Of a DNA stretch of 64,000 bases, positions 53,333 through 63,591 are shown piece after piece. Under the pieces are notes generated by a model. That model was not told the origin of the DNA and did not search any database. It was given only the letters and a program-made list of their open reading frames with translations. The position numbers were made by a program, and so were the translations under genes. The DNA comes from an uncultured Candidatus Rokubacteria bacterium (lineage in GTDB: Bacteria > Methylomirabilota > Methylomirabilia > Rokubacteriales > CSP1-6). Position 1 is the stretch's first letter. Each line of letters opens with the position of its first letter. The stretch covers positions 32,001 to 96,000 of the forward strand of contig CAVVEU010000008.1 of NCBI GenBank assembly GCA_963747235.1, given 5' to 3'.

Positions 53333-54239
53333 CCGGCCCCGTGACCCGGCTGCTCGCCGTGCTCGCGCTGACGGGCCTCCTGCTGCCCCGCGGCGGCCGT
53401 CGCCCTCACCGTCACCGACCAGACCGGCCGGCGCGTCGTCCTGCCGGCGCTGCCCGCGCGGATCGTCTCGCTCGTGCCCAGCGTTACCGAGACCGTGTTC
53501 ACGATCGGCGCCGAGGACCGGCTCGTCGGCGTCACCGACTTCTGCGACTACCCGCCCGCGGCCCGGCAGAAGCCCAGCATCGGCGGCATGATCTCGCCGA
53601 GCCTCGAGGGGATCGTGGCGCTCAAGCCGGACCTCGTGGTCGCCACCACCGCGGGCAATCGACATGAAACGTTTGATCAGCTGGCCCGGCTCAAGATCCC
53701 GGTTTACCTGGTCAATCCGGTTGCCGTGCATGACGTGCTCGATCTGATCGCCCGGCTCGGTCGCCTGACCGATCGCCCCGAGGCGGCGGACCGCGTGGCG
53801 GCCGGGCTGCGCGAGCGCATCCAGGCCGTCTCGGCGCGCGTGGCCGGCCGGCCGCGTCCCCGCGTGCTCTACGTGCTCTGGCCGGACCCGCTCATCGTGC
53901 CCGCGCGCGGGTGCGCTCGTCTCCGAGCTGATCGCCCTGGCCGGCGGCGACTCGGTGACCGCCGACGGGGGCCAGGGCTACCCGCGCTACAGCATGGAGG
54001 CGGCGCTGGCGCGGAACCCCGAGGTCATCCTGATCGCGAGCCACGACGCGACGCGGAGCCCGCTCGTGCGGGCCAAGTGGGAGCGCTTCACCCAGGTCCC
54101 GGCGGTCAGCGCGGGGCGGCTCCACACGGTGGACGGCAACCTGATGCATCGCTACGGCCCGCGCATCGTGGACGGCCTCGAGGTCCTGGCGCGGCTGATC
54201 CACCCCGAGGCCTTCGACAAGGCGGCGGCGGCGCGATGA
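53329..54239 (+). CDS. btuF: Cobalamin ABC substrate-binding protein; frameshifts near 53390 and 53905
   Basis: RIVSLVPSVTE, VGVTDFCDYP, LKPDLV, RYGPR. Confidence 0.85.
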
Positions 54240-55265
54240 CCCGGCCGTCCTCCGCCTCGGGCGCCCGGCTCACGGTGCTGCTGGTCGGGCTCGGCCTCGT
54301 GGTGGTGGTCGTCGGCGATCGGCGCGCTCTTTCTCGGCAGCGCGCGGGTGCCGCCGGGAGACGTGCTGGCGGTGCTCACCGGCCGCGTCCGCGGCGTGGA
54401 TCAGGTGGTCGTCCTGAGCCTGCGCCTGCCGCGCATCCTGGCCGCCCTGCTCGCGGGCGGCGCGCTCGCGGTGGCGGGCGCGGGCTTCCAGGCCCTCACG
54501 CGCAATCCCCTGGCCGAGCCCTCGGTGCTCGGGGTCTCGAGCGGCGCCGCGTTCGGGGTGATCGTGGCGCAGGTGTTCGGGCTGGGCGGCGGGCTCGTGG
54601 AGGCGGTGGGCATCGCGGCCTGCGCCTTCGCCGGGGCGCTGGTCGCGGGCCTGGCCGTGTACGCGATCGCCTCGCGGGGCGGCGGCCTGCCCGTGCACAC
54701 GCTGCTGCTGGCCGGGGTGATCGTCGGCATCTTCTTCTCCTCCGCCATCACCGTGCTGATCTCGGTCCTGGACTTCGACCGCCTGGGCGGCGTGGTGCAC
54801 TGGCTGCTCGGCAACCTGGGACCCATCGCGCCGGGTAGCCTCGCGGTCTTCGCGACGCTGACCCTGATCGGGCTCTGGCTCGTCGTGGCGCAAGCCCGCC
54901 CGCTCAACCTCCTCGCGCTCGGGGAAGAAAGCGCCCAGCAGCTCGGGGTGGACGCCGAGCGGCTCAAGCGCCGCGTCTTCGCGGGCGCCGCGCTCCTGAC
55001 CTCGGCGGTGGTGGCCTTCGTGGGCCCCATCGGCTTCGTCGGGCTGATCGTGCCGCAGGTCATCCGGATGTTGTGCGGGCCCGACAATCGCGTGGTGATC
55101 CCGGCGGCGGTGCTGGGCGGCGGCGCCTTCCTGCTGCTGGCCGACACGCTCGCGCGCAACGTGGTCGCGCCCGCCGAGCTCTCGGTGGGGGTCATCACCG
55201 CGTTCTGCGGGGCGCCGTTCTTCATCTACCTGCTCCGCGCGCGCGCGCCCGAGGCCGGGCTATGA
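54236..55265 (+). CDS. btuC: Cobalamin ABC permease; frameshift near 54315
   Basis: LRLPR, RNPLAEP..LGVSSGA, LGEESAQQLG, GPIGFVGL. Confidence 0.88.
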
Positions 55266-56065
55266 CGGCCCCGCTCGTCGCGTGCGAGCGCGTGGGCTTC
55301 GCCTACCCGTCCGCCGCCGCGGGGGCCTTCGCCATCCGTGACCTGTCGTTCGAGGTGCGGCCGGGCGAGACCTTCGGCGTCATCGGCCCGAACGCCTCCG
55401 GCAAGACGACCCTGGTCCGCCTGCTGTCCAAGGTCGTGGCGCCCTCATCCGGCCGGATCCGCCTCGACGGCGCGGACGTGGCGGGGCTCTCCGGCGCCCA
55501 GGTGGCGCGACTGGTCGCGGTCGTGCCGCAGGATGTGCCGCGCGGGTTTCCGCACACGGTCGAGGAGCTGGTCCTCATGGGCCGCTACCCGCGCGCGCCG
55601 CGCCGCTTCTTCGAGAGCCCCGAGGATCGCGCCGCCGCCCGGCGCGCCATGGAGGCGGCCGGCGTGCTCGAGCTCCGCGAGACCCTGCTCGACCGCCTGA
55701 GCGGCGGCGAGCGCCAGCGCGTGATGCTGGCGCGGGCCCTGGCCCAGGAGCCGCGTCTGCTCGTGCTCGACGAGCCCACCGCGCATCTGGACCTGCGCTA
55801 CCAGGCCGAGTGCGCCGGGCTCCTGCGACGGCTCGGGCGCGAGGCAGGGCTGACCATCGTCCTCGTCTCGCACGACCTGGGCTTTGCGGCCGAGCTCTGC
55901 GACCGCCTGCTGCTGCTGGCCGGCGGTGTGGCGGTGCGGGTGGGCCCGCCCGAGTCCGTCATCGACGAGGCGGTCCTCGAGTCCGCTTACGGCTGCCGCG
56001 TCCTGGTCGACAAGCACCCGATCAGCCGCCGCCCCACCGTCCACCTCGTGTACCCGACGAGCTGA
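55262..56065 (+). CDS. btuD: Cobalamin ABC ATPase
   Basis: GPNASGKT, LSGGERQR, LDEPT, SHDL. Confidence 0.88.
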   Translation: MTAPLVACERVGFAYPSAAAGAFAIRDLSFEVRPGETFGVIGPNASGKTTLVRLLSKVVAPSSGRIRLDGADVAGLSGAQVARLVAVVPQDVPRGFPHTVEELVLMGRYPRAPRRFFESPEDRAAARRAMEAAGVLELRETLLDRLSGGERQRVMLARALAQEPRLLVLDEPTAHLDLRYQAECAGLLRRLGREAGLTIVLVSHDLGFAAELCDRLLLLAGGVAVRVGPPESVIDEAVLESAYGCRVLVDKHPISRRPTVHLVYPTS

Positions 56066-56074
56066 AACCAAAAC

Positions 56075-56330
56075 GGGAGGTGATAAGAGCCAAATCCAGA
56101 GTAAACACGGCAAACAGATCGCAGATCAAGGGAAGCCGGTCCCGGCCAACGTCAGGGCCGAAGCCGGCACGGTCCCGCCACTGTAAGTGGGGAGTCTCGC
56201 CCGATCCCGTATGGGAGCCACTGGGCCGCCCGAGGGGGCGCCTGGGAAGGCCGGGCCACGACGCCGATCCACGAGTCAGGAGACCTGGCTGCGATCACCG
56301 ACGCCAACCCCTTTCGAGGCAAAAGGAGTG
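56075..56330 (+). ncRNA. Second cobalamin riboswitch (atypical P4) upstream of btuB
   Basis: AAGGGAA, CCCGCCACTGTAA, AGCCACTG, GGGAAGG, GAGTCAGGAGACCTGG. Confidence 0.85.
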
Positions 56331-56334
56331 GTCG

Positions 56335-58211
56335 ATGCGACAGCATCTCGTGTGGTTGCTGGTTCCTGATGGCGCCCCTGGCGGCGCATGCGCAGGAGCC
56401 GAAACGTGTGGATCCGGTGGTGGTGACGGCGACCCCGGTGGCGACTCCGGTCGAGCAGCTCGGGGCCTCGGTCAGCGTGGTGAACGGCGAGGACTTCCAG
56501 ACCTATCACTACCCGACCGTGGACGAGGCGCTCCGCAGCGTGCCCGGCGTGGAGATCCGCCGGTCCGGCGCTTACGGCAAGACCACGAGCGTGACCATCC
56601 GCGGGGCCAACGCCAACCAGGTGCAGGTCCTGGTGGACGGCCTGCGGGTGAAGAGCCCGACGCTCGGGCAGGTGGACCTCTCTGACATCTCGCCGGACCT
56701 GATCGAGCGCATCGAGGTGATCCGGGGCGCCCAGTCCACCCTCTACGGGGCCGACGCCATCGGCGGGGTGATCAACATCATCACCCGCAGGGGCAAGGGC
56801 GGGCCCTTCCAGGCCACGGTCCAGCAAGAGGTCGGCAACTACGACACGCTGGTCTCGCGCGCCACCGTCCACGGGGCGTGGAAGATCCTGAACTACGCGC
56901 TGTCCGCCTCGCACTTCGAGAGCAACGGCCAGTTCCAGAACGACGAGACCGACGACCAACGCGATCAGCGCGCGTATCGGGGCCACGCTGCCCTGGAACT
57001 CGACGCTCGACTTCGTCTTCCGCTACAACAAGAACGACGTCGGGGTGCCGGTGAAGGGGGTGTTCCCCGGCCCGCAGCCGATCAACCCGATCATCAACCG
57101 GAACGCCCGCTCGCAGTCGGAGACGACCATCTTCAGTCTCGAAGGCAAGACCCGGCCGGTGGAGTGGTGGGAGACCCGGGGCCGCATCGCCCGGTACGAG
57201 AACAGCGCGGGTTTTCAGGACCCGGTGGACCCCGGGGTGGACTTCGACTTTCCCATCTTCTCGCAGGTGAACGTGGAGCGGCGGGAGGCGGAGTGGGTCA
57301 ACTCGTTCTTCATCGGCAAGTGGAGCACGAGCAGCGTCGGGCTCGAGCATCGGCGCGAGATCGGGGAGAACCACAACACCTTCCGGGCGGTCAGCGAGAC
57401 CCAGTCGGTCTTCTTCGAGCAGCAGCTCCGCTTCTTCGAGCGGTTGTTCCTGACCGGCGGCTTCCGGGTCGAGGACAGTAGCGTCTGGGGCACCACCACC
57501 ACCGAGCGCGGCTCGCTGGCCTTCCTGATCAAGGAGACGGGCACCCGCCTGCGGGGCAGCGCGGGCACCGGCTTCCGGGCCCCGACCTTCAACGATCTCT
57601 TCTTCCCGGGCTTCGGCAACCCGGACCTGCAGCCGGAGGACAGCCTCTCCTACGACTTCGGGGTGGACCAGAAGCTCTGGAACAACCGGATCCGGCTCGG
57701 GCTCACCTATTTCCAGAACGAGTTCAAGAATCTCATCACCTGCTGCAGGCCACACCCCACCGCGCCGTTCGGCGGGCCCTTCAACGTGGGGCGCGCCCGC
57801 AGCGCGGGCATCGAGTTCACCGGCGAGGTGGACGTGCTGCCGAACCTGGTCGCCTCGCTCAACTACACCTACACGGACTCGGAGAACCTGGCCACGGACC
57901 GGCCGCTGCCGCGGGAGCCGCGGCACCGCTGGAACATCGGGCTCACCTGGGAGCCGATCCCGAAGCTCTCGCTCTTCACCCAGGTCCACGTGGTGACCGA
58001 GCAGTTCGAGCCCATCGGCGAGGTGTATAACAGCGGCTACACGCGGGTGGACATCGGCGGGACCTGGCGCATCCTCGAGCGCATGGGGTGGCTCCAGAAG
58101 CTCGAGCTGACCGCGCGCATCCAGAACCTGCTGAACGAAGGCTACGCGGAAGTGCGCGGGTTCCCCGCGCTCGGCATCAACGCCCTGGTGGGCCTGCGGG
58201 CCTCGTTCTAG
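56335..58211 (+). CDS. btuB: TonB-dependent cobalamin receptor; frameshifts near 56365 and 56955
   Basis: VVVTAT TonB box, IRG...VLVDG, IERIEVIRG..S.LYG.DAIGGVINIIT, GFRAPT, C-terminal Phe. Confidence 0.88.
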
Positions 58212-58221
58212 GAGCGCACGC

Positions 58222-58875
58222 ATGATCGTCGGGGTGTCCGTCGAGGTCGGGAGCGAGGCGGTGGTGGTGAGAAGCCACGAGCCGCTCCGCGTCCTGTCCT
58301 CGGCGGTGCACCTCGGCGGATTCGCCCAGGCCCGCGCGGTCGTGAACCTGCACGTGGGCAAGAACGATCCCTGCGCCGATCCGGCCGCCATGATCGGGGC
58401 GTTCGCCCGTCGCGCGGGGGTGCCGGCGCCCTGGGTCGGCCTGCTCACCGGCGCCTACACCGAGCGCGCGGTGCAGGCCCAGGAGGCCGCCGGCGGCTTC
58501 CACGCGCTGGCCGTCGTCACGGTGGGGCTCAGCAATCCGGTCGCCGCGGGCGCCTCGCCGGTGGCGACGTGGGTCGCCTCCACCATCAACACGATCGTGG
58601 TGGTGGACGCCGATCCGGAGCCGGCCGCGCTCGTCAACGCGGTGATCACCGCGACGGAGGTGAAGGGGCTGGCCCTGCGGGAGGCCGGCCTCCTGGCCGA
58701 CGGCGGCCGGGCCGCGAGCGGGACGTCCACGGACGCGGTGGTGATCGCGGCGACCGGTCGCGGGCCCGCGGCGCGCTTCGGGGGGCCCGCGAGCGAGATG
58801 GGCTGGGTGGTGGCGCGGGCGGTACGCCTGGCGCTCGACCGGGCCATCGCGGACTGGCAGGAGCGGCACCGGTGA
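58222..58875 (+). CDS. cbiZ: Adenosylcobinamide amidohydrolase
   Basis: LSSA..GG, GLLTGA, TVGLSN, TINT, TATEVK, ASGTSTD. Confidence 0.88.
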   Translation: MIVGVSVEVGSEAVVVRSHEPLRVLSSAVHLGGFAQARAVVNLHVGKNDPCADPAAMIGAFARRAGVPAPWVGLLTGAYTERAVQAQEAAGGFHALAVVTVGLSNPVAAGASPVATWVASTINTIVVVDADPEPAALVNAVITATEVKGLALREAGLLADGGRAASGTSTDAVVIAATGRGPAARFGGPASEMGWVVARAVRLALDRAIADWQERHR

Positions 58876-59729
58876 TCGCGCGCGTCGGCGGCGTCATGCT
58901 GTCGGTGCTGCTCCACGCGGGGCTCATCGCCGGGCTGCTGGCCTGGTCCGCCGTGGACTGGACGGGCCCGCTCTTCGTGGACCTCGTGGAGCGCGCGGAG
59001 TCTCCCGGCTCGCCCACCGCGGGGCTGTCGCCGGCCCCGTCACCGCGTCCCGCGGCCCGGGCCGCCGGCGCCGCGCCCGCCCCGGCGCGCGCAGCGGTCA
59101 GGCCCGCGCCGGTCGCGCCCGCGGCCCCCGCTGTACCGGCTCCCGCTCCGACCCCGGTGGCGGCGGAGCCGGTGGCTCCGGTGGCCCCGTCGCCCCCGTC
59201 GGCTCCCACCCTCGCGGTCGAGCCGCTGGCCGCGCCACCCGCCGCGGCAATCTCGCCACTCGCCTCGTCGGCGCCCGCGGCCCCGGCGGAGGGACGCGGC
59301 GCGGCCTCCGACAGCGGCGCGGGCCCAGCGCCCGGGAGCGGGGCCCAGACGCGCGGCGATGCCGATCGAGGGGCCGGTGGCGGGGCGGGCTCGTCGGTCG
59401 CGCTCGCGACGCCGGGGACGGGCGGCGCGGGCGCGGCGCCGGCCGAGTACGGCCCGTACCTCCGGCAATTCCGCCAGCGCGTCCAGGAGAGTCTGGTGTA
59501 TCCGCTCGCGGCGCGCCGCCAGGGACTCGGCGGCACGGTGGAGCTGCACGTGTGGCTCGAGGCCACGGGCCGCGTGCGCGATGTCCAGGTCGCGCGCTCC
59601 TCGTCCCACGGCGTGCTGGATGACGCCGCGCTCGAGACGATCCGCCGCCTCGGGCCCGTGCCGTTCCCGGAGTCGCTGCCGCGCCGCCCCCTGCTGATCC
59701 GGATCCCGCTCGTCTACGAGCTGCGATGA
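58872..59729 (+). CDS. tonB: TonB energy transducer
   Basis: TM with SVLLH, Pro/Ala linker, YPLAARRQG..GTV, SS...LDDAAL. Confidence 0.85.
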   Translation: MIARVGGVMLSVLLHAGLIAGLLAWSAVDWTGPLFVDLVERAESPGSPTAGLSPAPSPRPAARAAGAAPAPARAAVRPAPVAPAAPAVPAPAPTPVAAEPVAPVAPSPPSAPTLAVEPLAAPPAAAISPLASSAPAAPAEGRGAASDSGAGPAPGSGAQTRGDADRGAGGGAGSSVALATPGTGGAGAAPAEYGPYLRQFRQRVQESLVYPLAARRQGLGGTVELHVWLEATGRVRDVQVARSSSHGVLDDAALETIRRLGPVPFPESLPRRPLLIRIPLVYELR

Positions 59730-59733
59730 GCTG

Positions 59734-60669
59734 ATGACGCGGCTGGCGCTCGCGGTGGCGCTCGACCTCCTGGTCGGCGATCCGCCGAATCGCTGGCATC
59801 CGGTGGCGTGGATCGGCCGGCTCATCACGCTCGCCCGCGCGCGGGCGCCGCGCGCGCCCGATGACCTCGCCCTCTACGGCACCTTCCTCATCCTGATCGT
59901 GGCCGGTCTGGCCGCGGGCGGGACGCTGGTCGCGCAGGCCCTCCTGGGCGAGCTGCCCGGCCCGGCCGCGCCGCTCGCCCAGGCGTGGCTGCTGAAATGC
60001 AGCTTCTCGCTGAGCGGGCTCTTCACGGCGGTGGAGATCGTCCGCGGGCACCTGGTGGCGGGCGATCTCGCCGGCGCCCGGCGCCAGGTCGCCTGGCACC
60101 TCGTCAGCCGCGACACCACCGCGCTCGACGAGGGCGCGGTCGCCTCCGCCGCGGTCGAGTCGCTCGCCGAGAACCTCACCGACGGCGTCGTGGCGCCGCT
60201 CTGCTTCTACGTGGCCGGCGCGCTGCTGGGCGGGGTCGCGGGCGGGCTGGCGCTGGCGTGGGCCTATCGCGCGGTGAACACCGCCGACGCCATGATCGGC
60301 TACCGGCGGGACGAGCTCGAGTATCTCGGCCGCGCCACCGCGCGCACCGACGACGTCGCCAACTACGTGCCGGCGCGGCTGGCCGCCGCGGCGCTGGTCG
60401 CCGGCGCGTGGCTCGCGCGCGAATCCGCCGCAGGCGCGGCGCGCGTGCTGCGGCGCGACGGGCGCCGCACCGAGAGCCCGAACGCCGGCCTGACCATGGC
60501 CGCGATGGCCGGCGCGCTGGGCGTCACGCTCGAGAAGCGCGGGCTCTACCGCCTGGGCGATGGGCCGCCGCCTGATCCGGCCGCGATCGATCGCGCGATG
60601 CGGGTGGCGCGCTGGACCGGCGCGCTGTGCGTGGGCGCGGCCGCGCTCGCCCTGGTGGCGCGCCCGTGA
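59734..60669 (+). CDS. cbiB: Adenosylcobinamide-phosphate synthase
   Basis: GDPP..HPV, VSRDT, ESLAENLTDG, NTADAMIGY, SPNAG. Confidence 0.93.
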   Translation: MTRLALAVALDLLVGDPPNRWHPVAWIGRLITLARARAPRAPDDLALYGTFLILIVAGLAAGGTLVAQALLGELPGPAAPLAQAWLLKCSFSLSGLFTAVEIVRGHLVAGDLAGARRQVAWHLVSRDTTALDEGAVASAAVESLAENLTDGVVAPLCFYVAGALLGGVAGGLALAWAYRAVNTADAMIGYRRDELEYLGRATARTDDVANYVPARLAAAALVAGAWLARESAAGAARVLRRDGRRTESPNAGLTMAAMAGALGVTLEKRGLYRLGDGPPPDPAAIDRAMRVARWTGALCVGAAALALVARP

Positions 60670-60902
60670 GCCGCCGCCGCTCCCGGGCCATCATGCAGCA
60701 GGCCCCGGCTGACGGCCCCGACCGGAGGGATGCGCGTCCGCCGACCGGCGCGTGTGGGGCACACATCTGCACGGGCGCTTCGAGTCCGGCCCGTCCCGGC
60801 GCCACGTGCTGGACTGGGCGCGCGGCGGCCTACGGGCGCCTCGCGGACGCGCTCGACGCCGCGCTCGATCCTCGCGTGCTGAGCGACCTCGGCGTCACGT
60901 AA
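60666..60902 (+). pseudogene. cobQ: Internally deleted cobyric acid synthase remnant
   Basis: RAIMQQ (N-terminus-like), EGCASADRRVWGTHLHG.F and YGRLADALDAALD (C-terminus-like) within 237 bp. Confidence 0.7.
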
Positions 60903-61000
60903 GCGCCCGAATATTCTTCGCTCGTCCGGAGGCCGGGGGGTATCATTCTCTATCGCCGCCTGGCTCTATCGCCGCCTGGCAGCCGCGGCGTTTTCTGTCT

Positions 61001-62683
61001 TTGAACATCACCGATCATCTGACGGACGCATTGAGGCACGCGCTCGACGCCGCCGGGTTGCCCGCACCCACCGAGGTGCAGTGGGAGATCCCGCGTGAAG
61101 CGCGGCACGGCGACTATGCGACCAATGCCCCGATGGCGCTGGCGCGCGAGGCCCGCCGCCCGCCCCGGAAGATCGCCGAGGCGGTGGTGGCCAATTTCCC
61201 GAAGTCGGAGGCCGTCGAGCGCCTCGAGATCGCGGGCCCCGGCTTCCTGAACGTCTTCCTCTCGTCGCGCTGGTGCGCGGCCGGTCTCCACGAGGTGCTG
61301 GCCGCGGGCGCGGACTACGGCCGGTCGGACGCGGGGAAGGGCACCGGCGTGCTCCTCGAGTTCGTCTCGGCCAATCCCACCGGCCCGCTCGTGATCGTCA
61401 ACGCGCGCGCGGCCGCGGTGGGCGACGCGCTCGCGCGCATCCTCCGGGGCCAGGGCTACCGCGTCGAGTCGTGGTACTACGTCAACGACGCGGGCAACCA
61501 GTTCATGGCGCTGGCGCGGTCGGTGGACGTGCGGCTGCGCCAGGCGCTGGGCGAGGCGGCCGAGCTGCCCGAGAACTCGTATCCGGGCGAGTACCTGATC
61601 GAGATGGTGGCGGAGTGGCTGGCCCGGGATCCGCAGGGCATGCGCGCGCTCGCCGCGCGGCCGGAGGCGGAGCGCATCGAGCGCCTCGGGCGCCTCGCCG
61701 TCGACGCGATGGTCGAGAGCCAGCGTCGCGTGCTCGAGGACTACGGCACCCGCTTCGATCGCTGGGCCCACGAGCAGCGCGACGTGCGCGACGTGGCCCG
61801 GCCCGAGGCGGCGCTCGAGGCGCTCACCGCGGCGGGCCACACCTACGAGCTGGACGGGGCGCTCTGGTTCCGGTCCACCGCGTTCGGCGACGACAAGGAC
61901 CGGGTGCTGCGGAAGTCGGACGGCGAGCTGACCTACTTCGCGGTGGACATCGGCTTCCACCACTTCGAGAAGTTCCTGCGGGTCGATCACGTCATCAACT
62001 TCCTGGGGCCGGATCACCACGGGTACGTCCAGCGCATGCGGGCCGCGATGCAGGCGCTCGGCCACGCGCCCGAGCGCTTCGACGTGCTCATCGTCCAGCT
62101 CGTGACCCTGCTGCGCGACGGCCAGCCGGTGCGGATGTCCAAGCGCCGCGGCGAGTTCGTGCTGATGGAGGAGCTGCTGGAGGAGGTCGGCCGCGACGCC
62201 GCGCGCTTCACCTTCCTCACGCGGCGGCACGACAGCCCGCTCGAGTTCGATCTCGCGGTGGCCACGCGGCAGTCCTCCGACAACCCGGTGTTCTACGTGC
62301 AGTACGCCCACGCGCGCGTCGCCAGCCTCTTCCGGACCGCGGCGGAGCAGGGCGTGGCGGTGCCGCCCTGGGTGGAGGTGGACTTCGCCCCGCTCGCGCT
62401 CGACGAGGAGCAGGCCCTCATCAAGCGGCTGCTGCAGTACCCCGAGCTGGTGGCGGGGGCGGCGCGGGCCCGCGAGCCGCATCGCGTGGCCTACTATCTC
62501 AGCGAGCTGGCCGGGCTCTTCCACCCGTACTACAAGGCCCATCGCGTGATCACGTCGGACCGCGCGACGACGCTGGCCCGCCTGGGCCTCTGCGCCGCGG
62601 TGGGCCAGGTGCTCCGCAACGGCCTCGACCTGCTCGGCGTGTCGGCGCCCGCCAGCATGAGCCGCGCCGACGAGCGCGACTGA
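61001..62683 (+). CDS. argS: Arginine--tRNA ligase
   Basis: HGDYATN, IAGPGFLN, EFVSANPTGPL, GPDHHGY, MSKR.G, NPVFYVQYAHAR. Confidence 0.95.
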   Translation: MNITDHLTDALRHALDAAGLPAPTEVQWEIPREARHGDYATNAPMALAREARRPPRKIAEAVVANFPKSEAVERLEIAGPGFLNVFLSSRWCAAGLHEVLAAGADYGRSDAGKGTGVLLEFVSANPTGPLVIVNARAAAVGDALARILRGQGYRVESWYYVNDAGNQFMALARSVDVRLRQALGEAAELPENSYPGEYLIEMVAEWLARDPQGMRALAARPEAERIERLGRLAVDAMVESQRRVLEDYGTRFDRWAHEQRDVRDVARPEAALEALTAAGHTYELDGALWFRSTAFGDDKDRVLRKSDGELTYFAVDIGFHHFEKFLRVDHVINFLGPDHHGYVQRMRAAMQALGHAPERFDVLIVQLVTLLRDGQPVRMSKRRGEFVLMEELLEEVGRDAARFTFLTRRHDSPLEFDLAVATRQSSDNPVFYVQYAHARVASLFRTAAEQGVAVPPWVEVDFAPLALDEEQALIKRLLQYPELVAGAARAREPHRVAYYLSELAGLFHPYYKAHRVITSDRATTLARLGLCAAVGQVLRNGLDLLGVSAPASMSRADERD

Positions 62684-62684
62684 C

Positions 62685-63491
62685 ATGGCCTCCTCGGCGC
62701 GGCGGCGAGCGGGAGGCGGACCTGGCGGGGCCCAGTGGATGGCGCTCGGCGGCGCCGTGCTGGTCATCCTGGGCCTCACGTTCGCCCTCGGGCTGCTGGT
62801 CGGCCGGCAGTGGGCGCGGCACGCGGCTACTGCGGTGGTCGCCGGTGTCACCGAGCCCGCCAAGAAGCCCGCTGCGCCCCCGCGCCGCAGCGGCATCGCG
62901 GCCGAGACCATGGCCGATCGCGCGCCCGAGTCGACCGAGAAGCTCACGTTCTACAAGACGCTGACCGAGCCGCTCGATGGTCCCGGGGCGGCGCCCAAGC
63001 CCGAGGCCAAGCCGGTCGCGATCAAGATCCCGCCCGCCACGCCCTCGACGCTCCCGCCCCCGGCGCCGACGCCCGCGCCGGCCCCGGCGCCCCCTGTGGC
63101 CGCGGCCAAGCCCGCGCCTCCAACCGCCCCGCCAGTCTCCCTCCCACCGCTCCCCGGAAAGACTGCGGACGGGGGGAGTGCGGGGGCCATTTCTGGGCCC
63201 CCGCATTCAAACAGAGCCTCAGCGAGCGCTGCAGTAAACCCTTCGAGCACCCCGTCCATCCCGTACACCATCCAGGTCGGCGCCTACAAGAACCGCCGCC
63301 AGGCGGACGACTCGCGGCAGCAGCTCGCCACCGCCGGGCTGGACGCCTACGTGGTCGCCCTGGCCGCGCAGGAAGGGGTGGCCCGCTACCGGGTGCGCGT
63401 GGGCACGTACCGGTCCCGCGAGGAAGCGGCCGCGGCCGCCGAGCGGCTCCGCGCCCAGCGCTCGCTGACCACGTTCGTCACGCCCAAGTAA
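62685..63491 (+). CDS. SPOR-domain membrane protein (FtsN/DedD-like)
   Basis: TM, LTFYKTL, Pro-rich linker, YTIQVGAY, YRVRVG; follows argS. Confidence 0.87.
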   Translation: MASSARRRAGGGPGGAQWMALGGAVLVILGLTFALGLLVGRQWARHAATAVVAGVTEPAKKPAAPPRRSGIAAETMADRAPESTEKLTFYKTLTEPLDGPGAAPKPEAKPVAIKIPPATPSTLPPPAPTPAPAPAPPVAAAKPAPPTAPPVSLPPLPGKTADGGSAGAISGPPHSNRASASAAVNPSSTPSIPYTIQVGAYKNRRQADDSRQQLATAGLDAYVVALAAQEGVARYRVRVGTYRSREEAAAAAERLRAQRSLTTFVTPK

Positions 63492-63496
63492 GGGCC

Positions 63497-63588
63497 TGCC
63501 GGTGGATGGCGAGGCGCAGCCGAAGGCGAGCCGAGCGGATATGCCGGTGGATGGCGAGGCGCAGCCGAAGGCGAGCCGAGCGGATATG
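63497..63588 (+). repeat. Exact 45-bp direct tandem duplication
   Basis: TGCCGGTGGATGGCGAGGCGCAGCCGAAGGCGAGCCGAGCGGATA x2. Confidence 0.95.
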
Positions 63589-63591
63589 ACC

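Noticed and set aside
63497-63588. Possible CRISPR array
   Set aside because: Two adjacent copies with no spacer, and no cas genes in the window
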